In this document: positions 40,479-54,018 of the stretch, piece after piece
How the letters are laid out: every line of letters begins with the position of its first letter
How positions within the stretch are numbered: position 1 is the stretch's first letter
From: Octopus vulgaris
Lineage: Eukaryota
Assembly: GCA_951406725.2 (NCBI GenBank)
Contig: OX597824.1
Location: forward strand, 2,976,001 to 3,040,000
DNA: 64,000 nt
Direction of reading: 5' to 3'
Translations under genes and position numbers: made by a program
The notes under the pieces: generated by a model
What the model saw: the letters and a program-made list of their open reading frames with translations, nothing else
Database searches by the model: none
What the model was told of the DNA's origin: nothing

Positions 40479-40685
<207 letters not shown>

Positions 40686-40920
40686 TTATTAAAATTATAA
40701 TTTAGGGTATCTAAGAGATACCGCCACGCTGGAAATAGCAGCCAAAACGTGACTCTAAATCCACATTAAATGTTCATACAGCACCAGGAGAGAAGACAAA
40801 GAGGCAAAATAAACTAGTAAAAAAATTACTGGATAATTCTAGAACCCAGATTTCAGACTCTGCGTAAGAAACGCTCTGCCTTCATCATAGGAATATACTC
40901 AGATAACACATAAATACAGA

Positions 40921-40951
<31 letters not shown>

Positions 40952-43129
40952 CATAAAATATATTTATGATTATTATTATCATTTTATATATATATTTAAG
41001 TGAAGAAGAGAAAATGGACGGTTGAAGGCTAATTATTCATTATTAACAAATTGGTAATCTTTATTTCTTACAGCTGGTATAAACTGATTGGTCGGCATGT
41101 AACATCTTAAGATATATCTTTTTTTTCTCTGATAAAACTATGCTCATAACATATTAATGTAAACTTTTCGTTTTGTTTATATATATATATATATAATGGA
41201 TTTCTTTGGAAGACCTCAAAAGCCATATTAGTGCAGTACATCGATGATATTCTAGGGTATAAAGAAATCAGGCAATGGCTCTACTCGAAATCGAGTTGGC
41301 AACCATCAAACGTGCATGTATAACAAAATACTGTATGGGTAAAAGAAATCCATAATACTATTTAAGTATAGTTTAATCTTCTTTATCTCCAGAAACAGCA
41401 CTATTTCTGGAGATTCAAAGATGAAACTATTCTTATATAAAATATTTGGACTGTGTATTACTCTTTCGTCGTCATCGTTATTAGTCTACTTTCGGTACTG
41501 AATGTTTTTTGTCTCTCGTTGTCCGTTTGTATATTGAGCAATTATTTCTATTTACATATACGTAGATGTCTACATGTGAATGCATGTGTAAGCTCCCTTA
41601 GCTTAGTAAACTAGCGAGAAGCTAAATAAAGAACGATAAACAGCACTGTATTGATCTAATCGATTGAAACCTTTGATGGATGTTACGAAGGATGGATGTA
41701 TACAATGTACAACATGAAGAATAAATAGGTAAAAGAATGGAAATGAGGATTAGAAGAATATAACGGCACAATATAATATTGAATTTTTTTTTTTTTTCTT
41801 TATTAGAATCTACAAGCTGAAATTCTTTATCGTTCTAAAAAGTGTTTAGGATGAGGAAACCCGACAAAAATACGGTCAAACACTCATTGACGTCTGTATA
41901 ATACTCGCTCACGCATGCGCACACACGCACATCCACGATGCGCGCGTTCGCCCACACGCACACACGCACTCGCGCACACGCACGCGTGTGCATATATAAG
42001 CATTTTTATTTGCGCATGTCTATTCCATCAATAAAATTAGAACGGCTTCAAAATTATTGATTTAAAAAAAAAATTACTAAACAAATAAAGAAAACCGTTT
42101 AAGAAATCCGATTCCTTGATCTAATTGAAGAGTTGAGTTCATGGAATTCTATTTTTACAATTTGAAGTGTTTTATTGTACTTTTATTTTCATTTTCCTTT
42201 CCTTTACCTCATTTTGTGGGTTTTTAAATACTCATTTATATTAACTTCATTTCTATTTTTCATACACATACACATTTATGTATCTATACATATGTATGTA
42301 TACATTTATGTATATATGTATAAGTACATTTATGTATATAAAAATATACACATGCATTTACATATGCATTCTTATTGCACCATTAAAATTTTATTTCGTT
42401 CCGTTCTTTTATTTTTTCTTTACAAGCGATGACTCAAGTAAATTTAATTTACTAGTGTAAGTTTTGTAACTTTTGAAAACATCAAGAATTTACTTTCCTT
42501 CCGCTTCCTAAGTACTATCGCTTGTTAGTCTGCAAACAGAAGCTAGTAAAAATGAATTAGAAAATTCGATAACCACGATACAAAGAATAATTGAGATTTT
42601 AAAAAATTATATCGATAACCACGAAAGGAGAATCTGAGTTAACCAAAAAAGTGAATTTTTACAGAAAAAGGAAACCTTTTAAGGTTATGTACCAGACTAC
42701 CACTACATTATGAACAAAATTTCACTTCAAGTTGCTGGAATGGATAGTCAAGCACATAGCAGAGAGTTTTTAATAGAAACTGAGATGTTTAGTAAGGATT
42801 ATGCTCAAAATTTATTATTAGAAAATAAAACTTTGCTAACAAGAAACAGTATCGAATGTTTACAGAAAATATATTTTAATTTCATGCAATATATTTCGTC
42901 CTCAAAAGAATCAACAACTTCGCTCTTCGTAGATAATCGTTATTGATACCCGAGGAAGAAATCACACGATACATTAGTTAACAATTATGTAATCACACAC
43001 TCATACATACATACATACATACATATATACATACACTCACACTCACACATACGTACATATAAACATACATACAAACATACATATAAACATACGCACACAC
43101 ATACATACATACCTGCGCTCTTATACGTA

Positions 43130-43495
43130 TGTTAGACGTAGTCTACCACGAAGAACGAGGAACATCAGTTGGTTAAGTCATAAAGGGTGGCCATGGAAAG
43201 ATCTCCTCATATCATTACGGGAGCGTATTCGAAATGAGATAATTTGAGAACAGAGCAGAGTCAAGTATGTGATCGGAGAATACCGAAAGCATAAATTCTA
43301 CTGGACTTTATGCGTCGCCCGATTTACAGACAACAGATAGACCTGTGCAATTGTCGAGTAGCATCTGAACGACCGCAAAAGACTCACAGAAGACCTCCAA
43401 AACGATGGGAAGTTTATTTGCTTTAGAGATTTGGGACAAGACGAAAAAGACTGACGTCATCAAAAAAGCATTGGAAGCGCATTGTGACCAGCGGT
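43130..43495 (+). mobile_element. RTE-clade LINE 3' fragment
   Basis: ISLRERIRNEII*EQSRVKYVIGEYRKHKFYW..VARFTDNR*T..RPPKRW. Confidence 0.75.
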
Positions 43496-43559
43496 GTATA
43501 AAAGTATCTTATTGTCAGGTTAACATTGTGGCTCAATGGTACATACGTACATATATATT

Positions 43560-43973
43560 CTTTTATTCTTTTATTTGTTTCAGTCGTTTTGACTGCGACC
43601 ATGCTGGAGCACTGCCTTTAGTTGAACAAATCGACCCCAGCACTTATTCTTTGTAAGCCTAGTACTTATTCTATCGTTTATTTTTTGCCGAACCGCTAAG
43701 TTACAAGGACGTAAACACACCAACATCGCTTGTCAAGCGGTGGTGGGTGGACAAACACAGATACATAAACACAGACACATAAATATATATACATACACAC
43801 ACACACATATATACGACAAGCTTTTTTCAGTTTCCGTCTAGTAAATCCACGCAGAAGGCTTTGGTCAGCTCGCAGCTATAGTAGAAGACACTTGCCTAAG
43901 GTACTACGCAGTGGGACTAAACCTTGAACCATGCGGTTGGTAAACAAGCTACTACCCACACAGCCACTCCTGT
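43560..43973 (-). mobile_element. SINE family D
   Basis: aggagtggctgtgtggg head; cttaggcaagtgtcttctactatagc core; homologous to 63668-64000. Confidence 0.85.
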
Positions 43974-44614
43974 ACATATAGATATATATGCATACATATA
44001 TACATACATGCATATATGCATGCATACATATATACATACATGCACATATGCATGCATACATATATACATACATGCATATATGCATGCATACATATCTGAA
44101 TCGAAGAGCATTTAATGAGGAATGAATTTTTACGTCACGCAGTTCAAGAAAAATGGTAAGAATTAAAACGTATTTGACTGAAAAAAGTTATTGTTGGCAA
44201 CGTGATATTTTGATTAATAAGATTAAGTAATTATAAAGGTAATCATGGGAGAAGCATTAATTATTAAGTTTTATTCTGCAAGATCTTGAATTATGCTCTA
44301 GATTTAGCGATAATGGTGTAAATCTCAAAAATGTTTCCCCATTCCGCGTATAGAAATATCGAGAAATATCAGTGTAGTATTTGTACAAATGTTTGTTTAA
44401 CAAAATATGTCCTTACATTCCGTTTGATGATTGTTAGCTCACTCTAGATTGGCTACGGATAATTCCCCTCAACTTTCTGATGTATAACGCAACCATAATG
44501 CTCTACTAACATAGCATGTGATAATGCTCCTGTTCATTGTGCAATATAATAATGTGATAATGTGATAATGTCCAAATTCATACTACAACAGTAATAAAAC
44601 GACAATGTTCATAT

Positions 44615-44828
44615 TCTTTTCTACTCTAGGCACAAGGCCTGACATTTTGGGGGAGGTGGGCTAGTCGATTAGTTCGACCCCTGTACGCAACTAGTACTTA
44701 ATTTATCGACCCCGAAAGGATGAAAGGCAAAGTCGGCCTCGGTGGAATTTGAACTCAGAACGTAAAGACAGACGAAATACTGGCAAGCATTTCGCCCGGC
44801 ATGCTAACGATTCTGCCAGCTCGCCGCC
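44615..44828 (-). mobile_element. SINE, family A head with alternative tail
   Basis: Family-A head and core, tail ccccaaaatgtcaggccttgtgcctagagtagaaaag; TSD tattct. Confidence 0.85.
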
Positions 44829-44924
44829 CTATTCTACAACAATATTGAAATGATAATGTTCATGTTGATCCTACATTATACCAAAGAGATAATGTCCTTG
44901 TTTATTATTGTATTCTATTATTCT

Positions 44925-45195
44925 ATAATCCTTAAATCCTTAAAAATATTTCAGCCCGAAGGCTGCGGGCATGCTGGGGCATCACCATTGAATGAGCTAC
45001 ACTAGTATATGAAACCACCTCTGATACATGGCATTTGATCAACAAAGAAGTTCGATGCCGCTGCCCGCATCTGAGTTTCCTGCCGAGAGGTAGGTTCATC
45101 TGGGACCCCCGACAAGAAGAGATCCAGTTTGGTTTTAAAGAAACCCACATCCACACCATGCAGGTCTCTCACGCATTTAGGGAGGATATCTTAGC
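44925..45195 (-). mobile_element. CR1-clade LINE 3' end
   Basis: Minus strand VDVGFFKTKLDLFLSGVPDEPT..RAAASN, a short 3' UTR and a ttaagga-repeat tail. Confidence 0.75.
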
Positions 45196-45793
45196 AATGT
45201 GATGGTGTTTATGTTCAGACGACAGTATCAATAAATGATAATGTTCGTATCATACACCAATGCGATTATATTCATGTTTATTCTAGAATACTAAAAAAAG
45301 ACATCTTTGTTCATTCAAGAATACGATAATGTTCTTGGTTTTTCTACACTATGACAGTATGATAAAGTTTGTGGCTACTTTACAATACTGTGATATAATA
45401 TTGTTCCAGTTATTTTTGATAAAGTAATCAAAATATTTTTCCTTGATCAAATTCAAACGTCGCCTTGACCTTCAGTCTTCGGGGGTCAATATAAAATATT
45501 TTCGGTCGTTCATGTAGGTAATTCTGACTTTTTTTTAAAGAAGGAAATAATCCTCACTTTTTATCAGTAGTTCAAGAAAAATGGTATGAATTAAAACCTA
45601 TATTACAGAAAAATCTTGTTAGCAATGTGTCAGTTTGATAAATAGGATTAACAAATTATAAAGATAATCATGTGAGAAGCATTAATTATTAAAGCTTGGC
45701 TCTGAATAAACACAAATTTTGTTTTCAAAATATGAATATAAAACAATGACTTGGAGAGTTGCGCCTTGTTATATGTTTATGTTGCTTCCAATG

Positions 45794-45841
<48 letters not shown>

Positions 45842-47034
45842 GTGTGTAGTGGAATGTGTATACATACACACATACACACACATATACGCATGTATATATA
45901 TATCTGAATAAATGTAAATATGTGTGTGTGTGTGTGTGTGTGTGCGTGCGTGGCGTATGTGTGTGTGTGTTTATAATCACTGGCATAAATGAAGTTAAAA
46001 TGCTTCAAGCCTATAATGGAATTATACAGCTGTCACAGCACAGCGTCTCTGGTTATTATCTCGTTCTGCCATTTTATACACTGGCTGTCCACAATACAGT
46101 ATGGTGAGATTAATACATCGACAAAGTCGTCTCACTTACGAATGACTCGGTACTTTAATATACTTATCAGTAGCGTTGGATGAAGGCGGCGAGAGAGTGT
46201 TGTCTTTTTTTCTTTTTGCCGTTTTCAGGGGAAGGTGTAATTGAGCCTGAAGAAGAAAATTTAAAAAAAAAAAAAAAAAAAACTGGACTTTGGCAAGATT
46301 AGAACGTAGAAATTACAAAACCGTAAAATAAATATTGGAAAATAATTTTTATGATGCTTTAACGCTTTTCCCATTTCACCAAAATTGGATCGTTAAAATT
46401 TTTAATGAAGCGCTACTGAAGACTAAGTTTTCTCTTTAGCTGGCTCCTTCCACACATTTCAAACAATGTGAACAAGATTACTGAGTAACGTTGACCATCT
46501 CAGCCAAAGAGGAATGTTGGATGATTGAAATCGCAGTTTACAGAAATGTTTGAACCGCAAATGGAAAAACATGTTGTTGACATGGCTTCCCAGGTTGTTA
46601 CAAAAGCTCAGCTGTGTAAGTGTTCTTAAATATATTATTTTTCTTTAATGCATATTTTGTATTTGTTATCTATTTCTTCGTGTCAGTATGCTTGCAAAAT
46701 TTTAATATAAATTAGAATATTTTCGTACATTCTTGGAGCAACTGCATTTTATATATAAACTCCGTTTCTTTTAACTAATCTCAAAACTGAAATATTTTAA
46801 TGAAACATGTTCGTTGACCAAATTGACTGAGCTAAACAAAGCTATATTTCTGAACTGGAGGTACAGCACAATACCTAGATTAATGTTTAAATTTACAAGC
46901 GTATGTTTTGCAAATTTGATCAACGTGAAACTTATAAACATGAAGATTCTATAATTTCAATTTGAAATATAAATCTAGCGGTTGCTCAAGTTATAACGTA
47001 ATTGAAAGATAAACTAAAGATATAATGAGAGACA

Positions 47035-47063
47035 AAGAGACAGATAGATAGATAGATAGATAG

Positions 47064-47108
<45 letters not shown>

Positions 47109-47125
47109 CATAGATAGATAGATAC

Positions 47126-47165
<40 letters not shown>
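47035..47165. repeat. (GATA)n(GA)n microsatellite
   Basis: Direct read. Confidence 0.95.
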
Positions 47166-47166
<1 letters not shown>

Positions 47167-48159
47167 AAACGAAGGAAAGACAGCGGACGTGAGGAGGACA
47201 GGAAATAAAAGAGGCAATGAACATAATATATGGGATGAAACTAAGAACCAAATAAGGAAAGAAAAGAGACACTATAAGTCAGTATTTTAGTATGAAATAT
47301 CGTAAATGATATAAGTTTTACGACACGAAAATATACATTTAGCAAAGAAGGAAAAGTAAGAGATTACAGCTATAAGTTGACGAAAATCGGTGAGATATAG
47401 CGGAGAGTAAGAGATGAAGGCTTAATAAATAGAAAGACCCTGAAATAGAGTAAAAGAGTATTTATCCAGGAGTGACAAATAAAAGTGGAATATAAAGAAA
47501 GTTCACTTTAGTATATGTGGAGGGAGGAAGATATTGAAAGGGTCTCTATTTTCCAACGCTTGCTCTCTCCACACGTAGAAAATTTATCGTACATGGTATC
47601 ATGACTTAGCTAAAGTATATATTTATAAGAAGATGCATGATAAACATGCTAAATTCAAAACGCTCGAGCGTTTGATTGAACTGTTTTTATGAATCTGTAT
47701 AGCTTTTTACTTAATAAATCTTTCCTCAACAAGTTTAAATATTTTAAATACTTTAGCTGGAAATAAAATACCCTTTTTTTATTTATTATCGAGTATCTAA
47801 AAATTCACGGTTTCAAAACTTTTCGGATTTTCCTCTTGATTTATAAAGAATATCAGATGAAAATATTGATCGCAGGTTAAGGACGCGGACGCAAAGTCTG
47901 GTTACAGATGAAGGCAGGATGTTCACAAAAGTATAAGCATATAGAACGATAGGTACCAATTGCCTCATCACATTTATTGTACTGGGTTACTTCTCCTATC
48001 TATAATACGTGCTAAGGAATAGTAATTACTGGACTCTGACTGAGCCCATCATTCCTGTGTCCTCTCTCACCAATACAAGAATCTAAAAGCATACGGATAT
48101 ATAGAGCAGATGATGGACAGATTGCAGCGTGTCGCCAATGCTACACTGCGCATTATACA

Positions 48160-48390
48160 TATTTCTTTACTACTCACAAGGGGCTAAACACAGAGAGGAC
48201 AAACAAGGACAGACAAACGGATTAAGTCGATTACGTTGACCCCAGTGCGTAACTGGTATTTAATTTATCGACCCCGAAAGGATGAAAGGCAAAGTTGACC
48301 TCGGCGGAATTTGAACTCAGAACGTATCGGCAGACGAAATACGGCTACGCATTTCGCCCGGCGTGCTAACGTTTCTGCCAGCTCGCCGCC
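48160..48390 (-). mobile_element. SINE family A, full length
   Basis: TSD tgcg(c/t)attataca at 48147-48159 / 48392-48404. Confidence 0.92.
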
Positions 48391-49123
48391 TTGCGTATTA
48401 TACAATTAAGCCTTGCATCTGAACGTGTTATAAGTCTACTCGATCAGACATGAGTGAGATTGAGACAGTAAGAACAACAACAAATAACGATTTATTCTGT
48501 TCAGTTAGCTGACACCGTTCCATAACCTGCTCGTGCAGAAGAGGTCGTATCTTCTGACAAAATATTCAATTTTCCTTCTTTTTAATTTGAATACAAATGG
48601 TAAATGCCGCTAAGAAGCAAGTAATGAAGGAAATCTACGCAGCAGTTTCTCTTCAGATACGCTGATAATGTTCTGGAGGAAAAAAATATCACGAAGCTGA
48701 ATTATTGTTATTATAAAGTATACAGCTTTCGTTCGACAAGTTCCCAGGTTTAACTTTGCAGTGAAGAATATTCATTCGGCTGAATCGATGTTAATCTACT
48801 TGTAGCATTTATTTTATTAAGTCCTTTTCCAAAACGATGTGTGAACTCACAATGAAGAGATATAAAATTACAAACGGTAAGGTCATTAGCCAAATGCGCT
48901 ACCATCTTCACCATCAATCTGTCTTGAGATAAACAGGTCAGTATTAAGGCATCAACCATTTAACAATCAATTGTCGTTTTCTGTCTATTGAACAGAGCAA
49001 AGCGTGAGTGAAAAAGTTATCTGCATTACACACATACACACATATGTATACACACACATACACACACACACACATATGTACGTACACACACACATATATA
49101 TATACATATATATCATATATATC

Positions 49124-49168
<45 letters not shown>

Positions 49169-49504
49169 GTTGCTGAGGGGTCAAGAGAAAAGACGCAAAA
49201 GAATTTGATACATTATTTTGTCTCACCAAATCAAGGTTAATATCATTCCTGCAACTGGAAGAATCGCATTTAAAGGCTGCAGAGCGTACATCTTGCAATA
49301 TAATTTACATTTCTATCTTCCTTTTGTTCTGAACCTTGACCAAAATGTGTTAAATTGCTGCCATTCGTTAATCAAAATTTACGGGGTTATATAATGTTTT
49401 TGCAAAAATCATTTATGAGATAAAAAAAAAAAAGATGAAGGCAAAAGGTAAAAGTTCTAGATCTTTCCATTGAGTTTATTTAATTTGTATATTTTAGTGT
49501 TTTG

Positions 49505-49818
49505 TGCAAGTGCGTGGTCAGGTGGTTAGAGCGTTTTACTCATAATCACCAGATCGTGGTTTCGATTTCCAGATCGGCGGTGCGTTGTCTTCTTGAGCAA
49601 AACACTTTATTTCACATTGATCCAGTTCACTTGCAAATGTGTGACCCCGTATTGGACTGGCGCTCCGCACAGGGAGAAGAGTTGGGCTGCCTCCTCCACC
49701 CCAATCAGGGAGGCGGGAGACTCACCCAATTCGAAAGCTATAACAATGCAAGGAAGCGCATTGTGACCAGCAGGGTGTAACAACATCCGATAGTCTGGTC
49801 GTCAGTGATACGGTGATA
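49505..49818 (+). mobile_element. Older tRNA-derived SINE, B-related tail
   Basis: ggtcaggtggttagagcg and ggtttcgatttc boxes; tail aagcgcattgtgaccagc shared with 36770-36830. Confidence 0.7.
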
Positions 49819-50280
49819 TCATTGCTTCGTGGTCCTAACTAAATCCTGCATGTCATTTCGTCCTCCTTCTTATTCCTTCTACCGTAGAATGTCCTCGTCT
49901 CTTTCAATAAACTTCTCTTTCATTAGCTGAGTGCTATGTTTATACTTTTATTTGCAGTGGATTTAGTTCAGTCAGTTCTCTCAAGCACTTGACTACTCTT
50001 ATTAGGGATCGAACTCAGAGCATAGAAAGACATATCTAAATTCTTCAGTATCGTTATCTACCATGTTTAGCTACTTTAATAACGAGCGTATATATTTGTT
50101 CCAAAATTTTCCCTTCCCCTCAAACTCACGTATGATTACTATACATCTTAACACTTCTCATTCCAAACCCTTTCTTCTCTTGCCATATATATTATATATG
50201 GAATCTCTAATTTTGAAATTTCATATTATTCTCAAAAAATCAGAGACTATACAAAGCACCTCCTATTTAAGAAGCTTACC

Positions 50281-50511
50281 TATATCTTTACTACTCACAA
50301 GGTGCTAAACACAGAGGGGACAAACAAGGACAGACGAACGGATTAAGTCGATTATATCGACCCCAGTGCGTAACTGGTGCTTAATTTATCGACCCCGAAA
50401 TGATGAAAGGTAATGTCGACCTTGGCGGAATTTGAGCTCAGAACGTAACGGCAGACGAAATACTGTAAAGCAATTCTCCCGGCGTGCTAACGTTTCTGCC
50501 AGCTCGCCGCC
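50281..50511 (-). mobile_element. SINE family A, full length
   Basis: TSD ttta(a/g)gaagcttacc on both flanks. Confidence 0.92.
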
Positions 50512-51411
50512 TTTTTAGGAAGCTTACCATCTCAGTAGTGGCGCCGTGCTTCCATTGGCAGTGTAATTTCTATTGTCAGAAATTCCTTGGATAAGTTTTT
50601 AGTATTCTGTTGATTAAGTCACCAATAAGCTTTCTTTGAAGTTACTTTTATAAAGCATTTCATTGTTTTCTTTGTTTCTTTTTCTTCCTTTGACAAAAAT
50701 AAACCTATGGAACAATTCCTAGATGAAGTCACTTCCTGTCACTTGCATTGCTAACATTATATTTTCCTGTAAAAAGCAGAAACCTGTGTGGCGTAGTTCA
50801 AAGAGATCAGACGGTTTAGAACTGAGAACGTCAGCAAACCTTAATGTTTGGTTTAAAAGCTTTCACTTCATGCAAGTTATGAATGCACAAAAAGAAATAT
50901 ATTTTACTGAGATTCAAATCACGCGGAAATCACTTTTTCTTTATCCGGAATCAATCAAATAAAACCAGAATTAAATGCTGCTGTTGATAGAATCAATTTT
51001 TATCCCTCCATCATATTTTGTTGTCTTTGATCTATCTTGCAAATCAATATTAAAATAATGTTTGGATAAAATAGGCTCTTTCGTTCTTGAATAATGACTA
51101 CTTAGATGTTTTACAAGTATATTATTTAAAGAATATAATTAAAAATGAAATTATAATTAAGAATCAAATAATTTATTTACTTTTACATGTCTCAGAAATC
51201 CGATATGTGTATATAGCAATGAAAAATCGATGCAAACTTGTTTGTGTTGTTATGTGTTTAAAGTATACATGTATCTATTTAAATTTTATATCTATGTATA
51301 AATTGACAGAATGAGATTAAAAAAACCCAAGGCAGTAAATAGATTTCATAACATTTATCAGGAAAAGGCCTTACAGCTGTTTCCAGGTACGAGAAAATGT
51401 TTGAGTATTAA

Positions 51412-51729
51412 TTATTGAAGAGAAGATATGAGATACAGAGGGAAGCAAGAGAATGAAAATAGAAGTGAGATACATAAGGCTATTGTATTTGAAGTTACAT
51501 TATTAGAATGTAGAATGGCGTATATAAATGGTGAAGAAATTTTCTTGTACCCGGTGTGTGAAAATTACACACCATGTACAAGAAAATGTTTTCACTAAAA
51601 AAGTTTTTTCACCATTTATATACACCATTCTACTTGAATAATGGAACAGCAAATACAATATCCTTACGTATCTCACTTCTATTATCATTCTCTTGCTTCC
51701 CTCTGTATCTCATATCTTCTCTTCAATAA
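51412..51729. repeat. ~320-nt rod-like nested inverted repeat
   Basis: 51412-51491/51650-51729, 51510-51535/51608-51633, 51539-51550/51576-51587 and 51553-51560/51566-51573 all pair. Confidence 0.88.
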
Positions 51730-52161
51730 ACGCTTTGCTTTACATTATAAGCCAAATTGACATACAAAATATGAGATAAATCTATAATTTATACAAAGTG
51801 TACAATTAATTAATTATTTTATAAATGCAATGCAGCAACGGACTCTCCCGAGGACTTATCCATAAGCTTGCATCGGATTAGTCCATGGCTTTAGGCAGCC
51901 ATGGACCAGATTTATATATCATAGAACCACGGGCAGTCTCAAGCGGGTTATTATGAAAAGGGTGACCAACGCGTCTGAGACAAGCCATGGGTTTGTGATG
52001 CGAACTTCTTGCTTTAAAGTGATCCAAACTAAAGCCTTCTCACAAAATATCACGTTAAATTTATGTTCCAAACATCAAATTATTAATGGCAACATTATTT
52101 TATTAAATTCTTTATTATTTTAAAGATGAATTGAAACAAAAGCAATATATTTCAACAGAAA

Positions 52162-52497
52162 CCCCTTTCGGTCACGACACACACCATGGGATTGAACCTA
52201 AAAAGTTACCCTTCCAGGCACAAGTCCGGCCAAGGTTGTTTATGGAAGAGCATCAGTCGCCCATACATACCGGCCTCCCCTCTCCACGCCACCAGTGTTA
52301 TCCAAGGGAAAGGCAAAGGGGTCAATACAGCATGGCACCAGTGACGTCGCAACTCATTTCTACAGCTGAGTGAACTGGAGCAACGTGAAATAAAGTGTCT
52401 TGCTCTAGAACAAAACACGCAGCCCGGTCCGGGATTCGAGATCACAGCCTCACGATCGTAAGCTCGACGCTCTAATCACTGAGACATGCGCCTTCAC
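52162..52497 (-). mobile_element. tRNA-derived SINE, family C (full length)
   Basis: gtgaaggcgcatg head with A/B boxes; TSD atttcaa(c/a)agaaa at 52149-52161 / 52498-52510. Confidence 0.9.
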
Positions 52498-53334
52498 ATT
52501 TCAAAAGAAATACGGTAACAAAAGAATTATCGCTGAACGAATTGTTATGGGGCCTCACCTTTTTAGATTCTACATTGTAGAAAATAAGTCAGAAATTGTA
52601 TTCAGTATTCAGTTGCATTCTGATAGCAAAGCATCAGAGTTGGCCTAAATTTTAAATTTTTATGAGTAGAATAAGTATTTTGCAATAACTGAATCGGTCT
52701 GATTGACTGCACTTGCCTACGACGTTCTTCTTATCTCCGTGGGTAAGCAAACATTTGCTTCTAGTTTCCATCCCTCTCACCGACATTTAGGGCGAGTGCC
52801 ATTTTGCTGTAGCATCAGGTTCATTAAATCGTTGCGTGTGAAATTTAATAGATGCAAACTGTGTAGGTGTCTATCATATATGTATATTGTTACGCGTTAG
52901 CGCGCGTAAACTGATGTCGATTTGTATACACTTATATCAAAGGTTATTAAGCAATTAGATAATTATAGAACAATATACTAATTACTGGACTGAAATTAAT
53001 TACTATAAATAAAACTAACACATTACCGACATTGTTCTCTTACATAAAGAAACAGACATCTTTATGCAATACATCCAATGATAGAATAATAGAATTACAG
53101 AATGATAGAGCAGCAGTGAATAAATGTCTAAGATTATCTGATACTGGGATGCCGCTTAAGACATTATCAATGTGTCCATTTCAATTCAATCAATACGATT
53201 TACTGTAAAACACAGACTGTTAGCAGTGGAATCCCTGCCAAATTGATGCGTTTACTTGCCGAAAGTACTGCCTCTTGGAGGTCGAAACTGGGAACCTACT
53301 ATTTCGGAATCAAACAGACTAAATACACAGCCAT

Positions 53335-53630
53335 GTTCCTTCTCGAGTCACGCCTGGCTCATAAGGGCCGGTTTCTCGGTTTCCTTGGCGTGAAGGTTCA
53401 CCACCTGGAGGGGACGCCGGCCCGTCGCAGGTGAGCTGAGAGATGCAGGAGGAGAGAATGAGAGAAAGTTGTGGCGAAAGAGTCAGCAGAAGTTCTCCAT
53501 TACCTTCTGCCGGAGCCGCGTGGAGCTTAGGTGTTTCGCTCATAAACACACACATCGCCCGGTCCGAGATTCGAACCCGCAATCCCTCGACCGCGAATCC
53601 GCTGCTCTAACCACTATGCCATGTGCCTCT
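53335..53630 (-). mobile_element. SINE family B, full length
   Basis: Reverse complement of 10034-10336; TSD acagccatg. Confidence 0.9.
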
Positions 53631-53852
53631 ACGACAGCCATGCCTATCTCTAATTTCAGATCAACGTTTATTTTGCTTTCAAATAAGATATTTTTATTGC
53701 ATATTCATTCTCAAAACGGTCTGAATGATTCGAACGCAAATATGCTAATCGTTGTTGATCTCGTCACAGGAGAACAGCTTCTCGTTTAAGATGCAAGTCC
53801 TCATTTCAATTCTGGTTGTTCAACGCGCAGCTAATGACTTATTATCGGTTGG

Positions 53853-54018
53853 TACGTTCTGAGTTCAAATTCCGCTGAGGTCGACTTTGCTTTTCATCCT
53901 TTCGGGGTCGATTAAATAAGTACCAGTTACACACTGAAGTCGATTACATCGACTTATCCGTTTGTCTGTCCTTCTTTGTCCCCTCTGTGTTTAGCCCCTT
54001 GTGGGTAGTAAAGAAATA
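53853..54018 (+). mobile_element. SINE family A, 5'-truncated
   Basis: Matches 7679-7845. Confidence 0.88.

Larger units (their letters stand above)
44490..45420. repeat. Degenerate ~30-bp minisatellite (tgataatgttcatgttcattctacaata-like) hosting SINE and CR1 insertions
   Basis: Recurrent gataatgttc..ttcatt.tac units on both sides of the insertions. Confidence 0.55.

Noticed and set aside
41387-41414. Short hairpin tctccagaaa/tttctggaga with nearby ttacagctg
   Set aside because: Possibly another decayed PLE terminus, but no core motifs are recoverable.
44490-45420. CRISPR-like repeat array
   Set aside because: Eukaryotic context, degenerate contiguous units without unique spacers, no cas genes.
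47658-47673. 16-bp perfect palindrome aaacgctcgagcgttt
   Set aside because: Isolated, with no supporting context.
51945-51970. SECIS element (AUGA..AA..GA)
   Set aside because: AUGA sits in the apical loop directly next to the A run; no 11-13-bp helix II spacing.
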